Shown here: positions 1-13,000 of the stretch, piece after piece
How the letters are laid out: every line of letters starts with the position of its first letter
Position numbering within the stretch: the first letter of the stretch is position 1
NCBI RefSeq assembly: GCF_001194135.2
Contig: NC_068990.1
Coordinates: 89,631,050-89,695,049, forward strand
DNA from: Octopus bimaculoides
Lineage: Eukaryota
Reading direction: 5' to 3'
Length of the DNA: 64,000 nucleotides
The notes under the pieces: generated by a model
Told to the model about the DNA's origin: nothing
Database searches by the model: none
Seen by the model: the letters and a program-made list of their open reading frames with translations, nothing else
Position numbers and translations under genes: made by a program

Positions 1-229
1 GTTTTGACTATTATTTCAAGCAGGTAGACATACTTAGTATGTCCTTTGATTAATTACAATCCCTCGGCTATTTAAATGCCATTTTTGGCCTTCAGTCGCC
101 TGTATCATTGATTCTGTTATTATCATTCTTAAATTAGTGACATTGGATAATAATATAATTAACGGTACCTTTGTAAGTTAATTTTATAATTTGAAGAAAT
201 ATTTCTTCAATGAATATATTACATAAACG

Positions 230-265
<36 letters not shown>

Positions 266-292
266 GTGTGCGTGCGTGCGCGCGCGTGTGCG

Positions 293-323
<31 letters not shown>

Positions 324-1533
324 GTGATTATCTTCCATAGTCAGATTGAACCTTATAAAAATGTTTTGTATCACTGTTTGTATATACATACACGCATACA
401 TACATACATACATACATACAAACAAAAATACATACAGTTATACATACATACGCGTATTGTTCATTTGCAAACCTTCAGAATAACATAAGGAAAACACTCC
501 GTAATAAATAAATGAATAAATAAATAATTATATAAACAAATTAATAAATAAAAAGACGCGTTTGCTCCGGAGAAGGCACTATTGTCCAATAAGATCAATG
601 CAATAAAACAAAAAATACCATGAGAAGGAAAATAGAACAAATTTCAGTTATTTGGTTTGATAAAATATATTCTATCGACTTAGGCAACGTTAATTCTTAG
701 AAATCCAAGTGAGGCAAGGTTTATTTCAGAACTTGTTTAGCTTCTACAATTCTAAGTGTTGGAAATCCAAGAAATTCTTTTGTGCTTAATTTCTTCATCT
801 GCACTAGAATTTTATTTGGTTTTGTGAGAAGGCTCATGCTTATATATACTATGTTGGCTTTTAAGCAATGAATAAATTTATGCTGTCACAAGCAAGCGCA
901 TTCATAAAGAAACACATAGACGCGCATCACTAAAAAAAAAGTGGACTGCTTGCTGTATCTGAAGAATAACGTGAAACGGTGTTTGTCTCGTGGTATAAAA
1001 GAATATGCGCGCGCACCATGAACACATACACTTGCACATACCTATAGATCATACATTTATTTATATATAAGGTGAGATAATATACTAGATAGATACATAT
1101 ACATATTTATACACATGTATATATGTACATATATATCTATGTACTTGAAAAAGTATGGGATTGCTTGCGTGCTTGTCTGTAATTTCATACAGGCAAACCA
1201 GCGCATAATGGGAAAAAACTCAGAAAGGTACGCCTGAAATCTGAACACAAAGAGAATAAAACAAATCGGATTCCCGCGATATGCAGTTAATTTTGGGTTT
1301 GTTTTCACAAATTTAATCAGCAAAACATGGAGTTATTGCCCTTTACTGTAAATCGTCTAAATGAGCCACTAATGGATAGTAAACNNNNNNNNNNATATAT
1401 ATATATATATATATATAAATGTATGTATGTATGTATATATTTGCGCGCATGTGTGTGTATATACATATATATATGTACATATGCATACATATATATATGC
1501 ATATATACATATATATTTATATCTATACATACA

Positions 1534-1597
<64 letters not shown>

Positions 1598-1759
1598 CAA
1601 AATATTTAGTTTACAGTTCCGTTATAGGTTGGTTCAACAAAATAGGTACTGCAGCTAGTGAGATGTAATTATCATTTAATATACACACCCTCCCACATCG
1701 GAATATCTCAGACACACAACACTGTTTAACATTATTCTTCAACGTTAACTTCTCTACTG

Positions 1760-1799
<40 letters not shown>

Positions 1800-2176
1800 G
1801 TTTGCGTTTGTGTGTGTGTGTTTGTGTGTGTGTGTATGTGTGTGTGTGTGTGTGTGTTAGTGTGTGTGTGTTTGTGCATTTGTGCGTTTCTATACTTTTG
1901 TGGCTTGTATGTACCTTTACGTGTGGCCATGTTTCTATAAACACATATACTTTTGTTAGCAGTTAACATAGTATACATAAAGTTGAGATTTACAAAATCA
2001 AATAAAATTGCAGTGTAGATGAAGTAGTTAAGCATTAAGGCAATTTCTTGGACTTCTCAACTCTTATAATTGTAGAAGCTGTACAACTTCTCGAGCAAAT
2101 CTTTTTATAATTTGGTTTTTCAAGAGCTAGCTTTGCTTAATTTCATGTAAGATATTTTACCAACAGAAATAGTTGT

Positions 2177-2374
2177 AGCTGCATGGAATTTTGTCAGTGA
2201 ACAGGTCGCGGTCTCAAAGCGACGAAAATATTTTGGCAAATTAAATTTAAATGTTGAAATGAATCTAACAGTTTTTGTGTGTTTTAAATGGCTTATAAAC
2301 ACCTTCCACGCTGCAATTATTTTCGTTCCAGCATTCGATCTCAGATCAGGTCACTTGCTATGCAAGTACATCTC
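2177..2374 (+). mobile_element. ~200 bp non-coding hammerhead-bearing repeat (Penelope pLTR/retrozyme-like) with 13 bp TSD
   Basis: Flanked by direct repeat CAGAAATAGTTGT (2164-2176, 2375-2387). The same sequence recurs at 10859-11132 and ends at the same GTACATCTCC boundary. Confidence 0.75.
2190..2240 (+). ncRNA. Type I hammerhead ribozyme-like fold with G3:C8 core
   Basis: Stem I TTTGTCA/TGGCAAA (one G.U); core GTGAACA plus an extra G; stem II GTCGC-GGTCTCAAA-GCGAC; GAAA; palindromic stem III AATATT; cleavage triplet UUU. Confidence 0.65.
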
Positions 2375-3779
2375 CAGAAATAGTTGTGTTTTTTTGTTTT
2401 GTTTTGTTCCTGTGTGTTTCGTTTTCATTGTATTAATGGTGTTGTTACACCGTCGCGCCTAATTCCAAACAAACGTATCTACTGTGATGATTCCATTGTT
2501 ATTCAGAATGTTTACAAATAAACAAAGCTTGAACTCGTCGTATTATGAAGTAGATAAAAAAGTGAATTGTTCTCAGTGTAAGATCGAACGTACCGTATAT
2601 TAACGTCAATACAAAGTAAACCAATATTATTTCTAATATTAAAGAATTCTGAAAGTCAAACTTTATGTCCAGCTTAATGTGGATATTTTGTTAGAACACC
2701 GGAGAGGGTTTCTTTAGGCAAATAACGCAGTATTCGATGATGTAGCGAAACATCCTCGTTAAGTTGGATGTAAAGATTGCCTTTTGACCTTAACACTGCT
2801 TCTGTCACTACGAAACATTATGTAAAGAATTCAATTTTAGGATTATAGACACACAACCGCACATACATAGACACACACGTATATATGTTTTAGGATTACT
2901 AAACTTTTTATGATTAAAGTACTTAAAGTCTATAATTAAAGCATCACATATTTCCTGGCATTTCAGTAGCAATCGTTGTCCAGTGCTACCCACAAATGAT
3001 ATTTCAATGAATTACTTGTGATAAAGATCGCATCCTAGACTGTTCCTTCCTACCATGATAAATTTGATACTCACATCAACTCTGTTTCTATGCTCTCATA
3101 TATGTGGTCATTGAACCAGTTGTTACAGATCTGAGTCACTTTTATGCACACACATCTACAACTATTATCTCTCTGTCTAAGCATCATCTCAACCCAATGA
3201 TTTAACAGCAAGTATTTGATACTGAAACACATTTTGTTGAACTAATTACGAGTCAACAAGAGAATCAATTTTGGTACCAACTTTTACTTCACTTATAAAG
3301 CTTTACTATCACCAACTAAATGCTCTACTCTCCCTAAACCATTCGGTCTTAATGCTAACTTCTTTCTAAGTTAAAGAATATTATTTTTATCATTTCATCA
3401 CACATTTAAACCTCTTTAAGTCCCAGTTCTTCACCTTACAAATTCTATAATCTGAAGATATATATTTATCCGCTGACAAATTAAATACTTTTGTCACTAT
3501 AACATATAACATATAACATCATATAACGATCTTAAATATGGAACACTTAAACTGCGCTACACAATATATAAAAAGGTCACTGACATATGGTGTCAGTTCG
3601 AAAATATCTTGAATAATAATTGGATGAATATACAAGTATTTTTAACCGCAGAAGATTCCCCATTAAAATTTAAAATATCATTATTTGAATTTTTAGACTT
3701 CTTTCCTTCTAATATCACATTAAAATGTAAAAAACGTATTCAAGATTAAAAAAAAAAAAAAACCTTCATTACATTATTT

Positions 3780-4450
3780 GACTCTTGTCCAGAATCCTCA
3801 AATTTATTAGACTCCCTACGTTCCAGGACATGCCAGCATTTCCAGTAATAACATTGACGTACTCAATGATATTGACCCCAACATAATGAAACATTAATAT
3901 GCAGTTAATATAGACGTAGCTTCTCTCTGCACCGCTTTGCTTTTTCTCTCATCCTTGAAGTTAATAACCAACTGTGCTACCTTTATTGCTTCGGCCTCAC
4001 GTACTCAGTTATTCACCAACTCTTGACATTATTGAGGACTAAGCCTACTTCCATTTCAGGACTTTACCTATGAATATGCTCACAAATCGAGAGTGCCTAA
4101 GTGGTTAGCTCTATTGAGTTTAGCAGCCATCACATACATGATTCAGCTACTCCTCCGTTTTCTTCTGCAGATATACAAATGTAATTCTCATGCTATTTTG
4201 TTCTTGTCAGGAGGAAAATGACTGATATGACATGTCCCAGGACACCAGGAAATGAAAACTTTAAACATAACCTCGATAGCGGATCTTTCTCGTTGGTCGA
4301 TTTCTGACTCAAAATTATAAATGAAGTATCCATCATGTCAACTTTCACATGAAATCCGCTGGCATCTATTTGTGTGTTATTGACAGCCTTCTTAACACGG
4401 AGTCTTATGTATAATGCATGCCTTCACTCTATAAACCACCCCATTTCCTT
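3780..4450 (+). mobile_element. Highly degenerate Penelope-like reverse transcriptase fragment
   Basis: Broken-frame remnants VNIDVASLCTAL (cf. VTLDVTSLYT), LPTFQD, VDF*LKI and HAFTL/NHP in PLE RT order; many stops and frameshifts. Confidence 0.4.
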
Positions 4451-4575
4451 TGTGAATCGACTATGTGCAAGCTTTCAATATGGTTTTGTCTCTTTATTGT
4501 ATTAAAACTACTCTACGTAACATGACCGTGCGTATCCAGTGGTGTTACTTTTTGTTTATTATTCATATTGTAAAG

Positions 4576-4807
4576 GGCGGCGAGCTGGCAGAATCTTTAG
4601 CACACCGGACGAAATGCTTAGTGGTTTTTTTGTCTGCCGTTACGTTCTGAGTTCAAATTCGGCTGAGGTCGACTGTGTCTTCCATCCTTTCCGGGTCGAT
4701 TAAATAAGGACCAGATACGCACTGGGGTCGATGTAATCGACTTAATCCCTTTGTCTGTCCTTGTTTGTCCTCTCTACGTTTAGCCCCCTGTGGACAATAG
4801 AGAAATA
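4576..4807 (+). mobile_element. tRNA-derived SINE, family A (GGCGGCGAGCTGGCAGAA head), full length
   Basis: B-box GAGTTCAAATTC; central GTCGAC..TCCATCCTTTCCGGGTCGAT domain; 16 bp TSD ATTATT(C/T)ATATTGTAA at 4558-4573 and 4808-4823; multiple copies in the window. Confidence 0.9.
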
Positions 4808-6034
4808 ATTATTTATATTGTAAGCCCCGTGATTTTCTTTATGCATTTGTCTGTAGGCTTCTTTAATGATTCCTTTTGATATAGGGATTGTTTTCTGATT
4901 TTAGCCTCAACAATCTTTAAAATGCGAATATTTTACCAAATATTTTAACAATACGATTCGTGCAACTGAGACTACAACTCAGCCAAGAAGCATCTCTTTT
5001 CTTCATTCGCGAAACAGACCGGTCAACCCACTTCCCAGGTAATAGTTTTTGTAATTTAAATTCATATAATTGCTTTTTATTACAAGAATAAAATGTTAAA
5101 TTTACAAAAATTGTAAAGTATTAATAACAAAATAAATTAATTCATTCCCGTCATAAAGATTTTATAAAATGAATCAAAATGAAACAAGATCACAATTTCA
5201 AAGTCTGAAGATCATCGATATTATTTTGTCACCAAAATAATTAATGTTTACGCCATGAACATAGTTTCACTGCAATTAATTTTTCTTTTTCATCTAAATT
5301 TTCGTAAAGTTGCCAAACTTTCGAAGTGATTTCGCAGTACATTTTTACGTATTTATTATATTTTGTCAGATAACCTATTCATTTTCTCATAATCAAATGA
5401 GACAATTTAATTCTTTCGAACAAATATTTATGTATTTAAGTTGTCATCACTGTATAATATAAAAACGGAAGCGCATGTTATTTGTGTTTGTACAAATATT
5501 GGAAAAGAACAAGAGCGTGAGAAAAAAAATGAAAAGAGACAGGGGTGGTAACTGCTGGAGAGAAGTGAAAAATATCACCGAAAAAGTAAAATAATAGGAT
5601 GATGACATATTAAGTCAATAACAAACTGTATTAGATGACTAAATAGAGTGGGCAGCAAACATATACTGTGGCCAGTAGAAGAGTGATGTGCCATAATTGT
5701 AATGTCAGTTTGATGAGGCTTCACCATAGTGTTATAAAGACTCCTTCGCTTGAAAAATCTCCAAAACAGAATTTTATTGAAATATTTCACATTCAATCAT
5801 GAAGTTAAAACCAAGTAACAAGAAATAATTACAGTAATTAAACCCTCCATTCGTGCAGTGATTTCGTAGCAAACAGGTTAACAGTATTATAAATACAACT
5901 ACCGTAGAGTATTGATTATAAAAATTATATTACGAATGAAAATAATATTTATTTTAAAACTTTAACACAATACATGATTTAGTTTCAGCAAACATACACA
6001 CACGCACGCACGCACACACGGATATATGATTATA

Positions 6035-6259
6035 CAGTAATCCATCGAATATCGCGGGTGTTACGTTCCAAAATCCCTCGCGATTGGTGAAAATCCGCGA
6101 AGTAGAAACAGTACCGTACTGTATATTTCTTTTAGTATTTTTATAATTCATACATATTTTTTTTAATTATAAATGCAAAACAACACCACGGAGGAATAAA
6201 CGTAAGATTAAATAATAAACCGCGATAGGTGAACTACAATATGGCGAGAGATTATACTG
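6035..6259. mobile_element. Tigger/pogo-like MITE
   Basis: Starts TA|CAGTAATCCATCGAATATCGCGG and ends ..GCGAGAGATTATACTG|TA: imperfect CAGT.. TIRs with TA TSD, no ORF. Confidence 0.7.
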
Positions 6260-6335
6260 TATATATATATAAATATGCATACATACAAATACGCACACAT
6301 ACATATGCGCATGCGCATGCACATATATGTATATC

Positions 6336-6550
6336 CTTTTCTACTCTAGGCACAAAGTTCGAAATTTTTGGGAAGGAGGTCATTCGTTTAGATCGATCCC
6401 CAGTACGCAACTGGTACTTAATTTATCGACCCCGAAAGGATGAAAGGCAAAGTAAACCTCGGCGGAATTTGAACTCAGAACGTAGTGACAGACGAAATAC
6501 CTCTACGCATTTCGCCCGGCGTGCTACCATTTCTTCCAGCTCGCCGCCTT
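6336..6550 (-). mobile_element. tRNA-derived SINE, family A
   Basis: Reverse complement of the 4576 head and core, with an alternative 3' tail. Confidence 0.9.
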
Positions 6551-6676
6551 ATGNNNNNNNNNNNNNNNNNNNNNNNNNNNNNNNNNNNNNNNNNNNNNNN
6601 NNNNNNNNNNNNNNNNNNNNNNNNNNNNNNNNNNNNNNNNNNNNNNNNNNNNNNNNNNNNNNNNNNNNNNNNNNNN

Positions 6677-6718
<42 letters not shown>

Positions 6719-7689
6719 CATTTAAAGAATATGTTGGAGAACGCTAAAACAAGCATGGTATAGATATTCACAAAGTAATGCTCGCATAAATAGGAACTCA
6801 AGTTCCAACTCCGTCATCCAGTGCTGGTAACTCCAGTGTAGAAAGTCAGCCACAAGAATGATTTCGTCGACCGAGTTTGAATCTAGAAAGCTAAATAAAC
6901 ACAGGAAGCCATAATGGAGTACGAATGAATAGAAGAAATAATGTAGTAGTCCTATCCAGACAGTTCTTTTGAGTAGGTTAAAACCATGTCTATTTTTTGA
7001 TGGAAAATTGAGATGTTGCCGTTGTATGAAATAATACGAACTTTATAGATCCGTGAGGCGAAATAATGTCACCCCTCCATCAGAAGATTCTGAGTAAAAG
7101 CTGGCTAAAATCAAATGAGGGTGATATGATTTCATCTCACAGATCTCTAAACATTCGTGTTTTTCTATATACCTATTATATTATTGGCCTTTATTACATA
7201 ATAAAGATGGCTACAGCATAAATCCTTCTTTACAGCTGTCAAAATAAGTCTGTTACATCAATTCATTTGCTAATTTGTATTCCATTTAAGTATATTCATT
7301 ATTACTTGTGCTTATCTGCCTTATATACATATATACTTGTATAATAGAGTGTTCCGTGATAGAAAATTCAACAAAAAAGTAAAATATTTATTTAAAGGGC
7401 TCAATACATGTATTTGAGTGCTACTAATAGTCTCATATGTTGAGAAATACTCAAACATAATCTTCAGGCTCAAACTACACATAAAGAACAAAAAAAAAAG
7501 TCTGAATAATATAAGAAACCCGAAAACACTGAGAATGCTCCCGAACCAGTTGCTGAGTGTCCAACTCGTAAGGGATCGATGATAGATGTGTCTTCCATTT
7601 TCCATTTTTATGTGCCATATACATAAATAAATGTATGTATGTATGTATGTATGTATGTATGTATGTATGTATGTTTGTATGTATGTATG

Positions 7690-7723
<34 letters not shown>

Positions 7724-7744
7724 TGTATGTATGTATATAGTTGG

Positions 7745-7885
7745 AATTTACAAGAAACAAAACAGACGAAGACGGGTGTGTAAATAACAAACAGATGTAT
7801 TAGCTTAACGCTCGGGAAGTGTGAAAGTCTTTTACGTTTCGAGCATACGCTCTTCAACAGGAAGGAACACAGAATTAAGCAGAGA
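7745..7885 (-). mobile_element. Short hammerhead-bearing repeat, family B (PLE-terminal-like)
   Basis: Homologous to 16925-17120 and 8340-8515 (ACGCTCGGGAAG..GAAAGTCTTTTACGTTTCGAGC..CTTCAACAG). Confidence 0.75.
7829..7864 (-). ncRNA. Minimal hammerhead-like fold, CUGUUGA core
   Basis: Minus strand: CTTC-CTGTTGA-A-GAGC-GTAT-GCTC-GAAA-CG-TA-AAAG. Perfect 4 bp stem II, palindromic ACGT stem III, GUA triplet, one mismatch in stem I. Confidence 0.55.
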
Positions 7886-8339
7886 GAGAGAATATATATA
7901 TATATATATATATATANNNNNNNNNNNNNNNNNNNNNNNNNNNNNNNNNNNNNNNNNNNNNNNNNNNNNNNNNNNNNNNNNNNNNNNNNNNNNNNNNNNN
8001 NNNNNNNNNNNNNNNNNNNNNNNNNNNNNNNNNNNNNNNNNNNNNNNNNNNNNNNNNGTGTGTATGTATATATATGTATGTATGTCTGTATGCACGTATG
8101 TACGTTTGTGTGTATGTATATATATGTGTGTATGTGTGTTCGTGTATGTGTATCTATGTATGTCTATATATATGTCTATCTATGTCTCTCTCTCTCTTTC
8201 TCTCTCACTCTTTCTCTCTCACTCTCTCTGTATATATATGTCTATATATGTATGAATATATAAATATACGTTTGCATGTATTTAGTTATCTATCTGTACA
8301 CACACACACACAAACACACACACATATATATACACAGTC

Positions 8340-8513
8340 AATTCAAAAACAGAGAGAAAAAAGGAAAAAAAAAAAACAAGCAAACGTGAGGACGCTCGGA
8401 GAAAGAAAAGAGTTGTCGTTTTACGTTTTGAACATAAATCTTCGTCGGAAACAGGAAAAACAGAGGAGTCCAAAGTGAAAGAAGGAAGAAAAATCGCCAA
8501 TAGTCCGCGTGTG

Positions 8514-8515
<2 letters not shown>
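8340..8515 (-). mobile_element. Degenerate copy of hammerhead-bearing repeat family B
   Basis: GACGCTCGGAGAAAG..TTTTACGTTTTGAACATAAATCTTCGTCGG; minus-strand core reads CCGACGA and stem II is broken. Confidence 0.5.
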
Positions 8516-8568
<53 letters not shown>

Positions 8569-9176
8569 TGCGCGAATACGTGTGTGCGTGTGTACACGTA
8601 TATATGAATTTATATTTATATAGTTTGTGTACGTGCGAATGTATGCCTCCGTGTGGTCTGATTTTGTCAGTTTGATTCTGCATTTAATAGGATGTGTTTC
8701 TACGTGAAACCCTGCGTAGCAGGTATTGCGATATTTTCGTGATGTTTTGTAGCTTTAATAATAATAAAGCATATCTCCGGTATTCGAGTACTATCTTTTC
8801 CACCTTGTTTCACATTTATGTGGTTTGGTATACAAATATATATATATAGCTATGTCCCTCTATATGCATACGTGAGTGTATATATTCATTTTGAATCTCT
8901 ATATGTATGTGTGTGTGTGTGTGTGTGTACACATATATATGGACATCTGTAATTATATTTATGCATATGTATATGCGTATATATACGACTATGTATATAT
9001 ATGTATGTAAATGTATATACATATACGTATATATATATATACTTGTATTTTCTATGTATATATGCTTATGTATGTATATAAGTATGTATACATAAGTGTG
9101 TGTTGATATACCAGAATATACACAGATACGTGAATTTATTTATTTATTTCTACTTGCATTAAAATCTCTTATTCTG

Positions 9177-9223
<47 letters not shown>

Positions 9224-9808
9224 TTTAGTTTCTTTTAAAATTTTCTTTGCTGAATTAGTTTTAAACATTTAAATTTATCCTTTTTGATTTGCTGCTTTCG
9301 TATTGTTTTGTGTATCATAATACTTTATTTGTATTTGGCTTTCTGGATTTCTGATTTGACCCAAAAGCTTTCATCTATTCTCATATTCATATTTTATTTA
9401 CTTCTTTAGTTTTAAGTTCAATTCCCAAAATAACTAAAGTGCTTATATTAGTTTGGAAAACTGGAAACGCTTTTACGTACCAGTTATACGCTGCTATTGC
9501 CATCCGATTGACTTTATTCCATGTGGTATTCTCATTATAATATTTCTATCTTTGTTTTTCTATCGGTTTTAGTTTTAACCCAGCACAATAGCTTATGGTC
9601 CCAGAATGAAAAACTTAGATAATTCGGTTAAAATTATATATTTTATCACGATACAAGTATGTGAGGAATTTTTTTAGATGATTTGGAATCCTATTTGATT
9701 CTTGAGGAATAATTTTCATTTCAATTTGTCGTCGCTCGTATATGGATCTATAATTGTTTATTCAGGCCTCAGGCATCCTCTAAGACAGTGTATCTTAACC
9801 TTTTCACA

Positions 9809-9889
9809 CAGTGATTCCCAACTCATTTATTTAACTGAGTTTTTCCACGGACCCCTCTTAATATGCCTACCCTTTTGCGTGTGTATATG

Positions 9890-9957
<68 letters not shown>

Positions 9958-10020
9958 TTTGAATTTAGTTCACGGACCCCTCGTACTACCTTTGCGGACA
10001 ACCAGGCGTCCAATCCACTG
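9809..10020. mobile_element. Degenerate hAT/Charlie-like MITE interrupted by (CA)n(TA)n
   Basis: Starts CAGTGATTCCCA, has two internal CACGGACCCC motifs, ends ..ATCCACTG; no clear TSD. Confidence 0.4.
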
Positions 10021-10858
10021 CTCTATCTGGATCCAGAGTAAATGTGTTACAATAGAAATGAAGATAAATGTATTGCTAGGGAGAAACTGAATGCGGATAC
10101 TTTTTCAACCACAATTCCACTTTATCTACGGTGCGAGCATTTGCGAAAATAAATTCGTAATTGAAAAATAAAAAGAACAAACAATGGTATAGACAAAGCA
10201 TTAAACATTTTGATGAAGAGTGTGTTCCTTCTATTTTCGTCTTTACGGTCTCCATTGATAGCTGCTGTGAAATATTTAGTTGCTGTTACAGCTTTCTCTG
10301 TAATTGGAAACTGAACATTGATTAACATCTTATTCTTTATGGAAACAAGGAAGTCATCAAGAATAATTATCAAACAAACCTAAAATACGAAATTCAGGTA
10401 AGGGCAATTAAACGTGCAGCGGCAGGACATAATTCGTTATAATTAATTTGGTGAACCAGAATGCAGATAAATTCAGTTTAAAATTCACGTTTATCGGTAT
10501 TCAATGTGGTTAGATTTACGTGACAAATACTTGTAGTAGAGTGGACAGCGCTAAAGACATCCAAGATGCCAGGCTGAAGTGTTAAAAAGGGTGATGAATT
10601 AAATGTACTATGTAGACATGGTGGGATTTGAACTCAGAAAGCAAATAACCAGAACATGTACTCCAAGGTATCCCATCTAACATCCTGACATCTCCGTCCT
10701 GGACTTGTAATTTTTTAATATCGACTCCAAAACTATGAAAATAAACGTTGAGTTGCTGTACCTCTTTTGTTTCAGTTTTTAAAATTATTCTGTAGCTACA
10801 TTCACGCATTTTCGTTGAAGAATAGAGTCATGGATTTTTCATCGACTAAGTGGATATT

Positions 10859-11132
10859 TGCAGCGTGGAAGGTGTTTATAAGCTATTTAAAAACACACAA
10901 AAACCGTTAGATTCACTTCAACATTTAAATTTAATTTACCAAAATATTTTCGTCGCTTTGAGATCGCGACCTGATCACTAATTTTGTCAGTGAATTGGTT
11001 GCGGTCTCAAAGCGACGAAAATATTGTGGTAAATTAAATCTAAATGTTGAAGTGAATCTAACGCTGAAATTGTTTTTGTTTCAGCACACGATCTTAGATC
11101 AGGTCACTTGCTATACAAGTACATCTCCGTAA
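10859..11132. mobile_element. Inverted (head-to-head) dimer of the 2177-2374 hammerhead element
   Basis: Left arm 10859-10978 is the reverse complement of the element and the right arm 10980-11132 is sense with an internal deletion. 12 bp flanking repeat TAAGTG(G/A)ATATT at 10847-10858 and 11133-11144. Confidence 0.8.
10934..10978 (-). ncRNA. Hammerhead-like fold with GUGAUCA core (5' stem I arm lost at the inversion junction)
   Basis: Minus strand: GTGATCA-G-GTCGC-GATCTCAAA-GCGAC-GAAA-ATAT-TT-TGGTAAA. Confidence 0.5.
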
Positions 11133-12052
11133 TAAGTGAATATTATTTTCTTAGAAGTAGCAGCTAAAATTTTTGTACGGGGAACACTCAAAATAATTTC
11201 ACAATTTTCTAAGTAAATTTAGTTCCCTTTGAATAGCTTAATACCAAACAAAGATAAATATCCAACACTTAAAATGTCTCATTCTTCATAAGTGTTTGGC
11301 ATTATAAGAAAGCTGAGACGTAGTTCATATTTCAAATAGATTATTGCAACAATTAGTGAATTAGATTGGATAATATCTCTGGAGGCCGGTCAGTTTATAA
11401 CAAGTTTTAATTAACTAAACGTTCTAATGGCAATTTAGAAGGTACTTATACGAGCTATAATTGGAGGGTGCAGCTGCAGAATTTCGTAGACATTGGATAA
11501 GTCCATTTGTTATCTATGTTTACATGGAATTATAAGGTATTAATGTATCTCAGGTAACATAGCTGTGGTCTAGTACAGAGAGATAACAGGGCAACGCCGT
11601 AGCAGGATGGTGAGAGGGAGTACTATGTTAAGAGAAGTAAAGCTAAGTCAGAAGGAATGAACAGATAAAAAAGAAGTGATAACTGAGAAGATAGCAATTA
11701 GCGATGGGAGAAGTAAAAGCTGAAATCGAAAGATGACAGAATTGAAAAATGAAGAAAAAACGATTGAAGATGTAGAAAAATGACAAAGTGAAATATAAAA
11801 ACATTAAAAAAATGAGGAGAAGCTGAGGTAGTATGAAAGGTTTTAATATATTACATCAACAGTGAACAGTGATGAAGTTTTTGGAAATCCTCGTTTGAAA
11901 CTCCCAGAAAGGGATTAAATGGAGCCGCTTGAAACAGCCGTAATGCACTGATACGTGGAAATCCGAGTTATTTCTTTGCTTTCTATCTATCTATCTATCT
12001 ATCCATTCGACGATTTTCGGCACAGTTTTCTTCCACTAAATTTCAGAGTATT

Positions 12053-12285
12053 TATGTCTTTATTGCCCACAGGGAGGCTAAACATGGAGGGGATAAACAA
12101 GGACAGACAAAGGGATTAAGCCGATTATATCGACCTCAGTGCATAACTGGTACTTATTTAATCGACCCCGAAAGGATGAAAGCAAAGTCGACCTCGGCGG
12201 AATTTGAACTCAGAACGCAGTGGCAGACGAAATACCGCTAAGCACTTCGCCCGACGTGCTAACCACTCTGCCAGCTCGCCGGATT
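12053..12285 (-). mobile_element. tRNA-derived SINE family A nested in a degraded family C SINE (12008-12340)
   Basis: Full-length copy with perfect 13 bp TSD ATTTCAGAGTATT (12040-12052, 12286-12298). The rejoined flanks resemble the family C body. Confidence 0.85.
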
Positions 12286-12868
12286 ATTTCAGAGTATTGG
12301 TCAGTCTGAGGTTATAGTAGAGGATGCTTACTCAAAAAGCAGCCTCCCAACTGAAAGGTAAGAAAATTACATATGAAAGTAAATTACAACAAAAAAAATG
12401 TTTAAAACTATTTAATGACAAGCTATCACGTGGTTTTGATCAAACTCAAAACGGCGTAAGTTGTGAAGCGATCCTCTTCCTCACGAGTGCAGAGTTCAAA
12501 TCTGCTCTTGACGAGATTAGGTTTCAAGCTTTGATCTCACTCCTTACTGTTGCATTGGAATAATCTTTTGATTTCTGTCTGTAACAATATTTATTCATAC
12601 GAGAGGAAGCTTTAATAAAATGCATATTTAATGTTGATTACAAACTATACAAAACTAGCAGCCGTTAATTAATTGATTGATTAATTAATTAATACTGTTC
12701 TTAACTTCTTGGTTAATTTGAAACGTAATGTAATGTACACCTTTTTTGATAAACAAACTGTTTTAGTTTTACTGCGGAAAATAAACAAAAAATAATTATG
12801 CTGTCATCAGAGAAGTTGATATCGTGTTTCTTATCAATTTAAACCTCCGTCAGAGAAAGAAAAAAAGA

Positions 12869-13000
<132 letters not shown>

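Noticed and set aside
6794-6861. Terminal exon GTQVPTPSSSAGNSSVESQPQE*
   Set aside because: The acceptor is poor, there is no linked upstream exon, and such segments are expected by chance.
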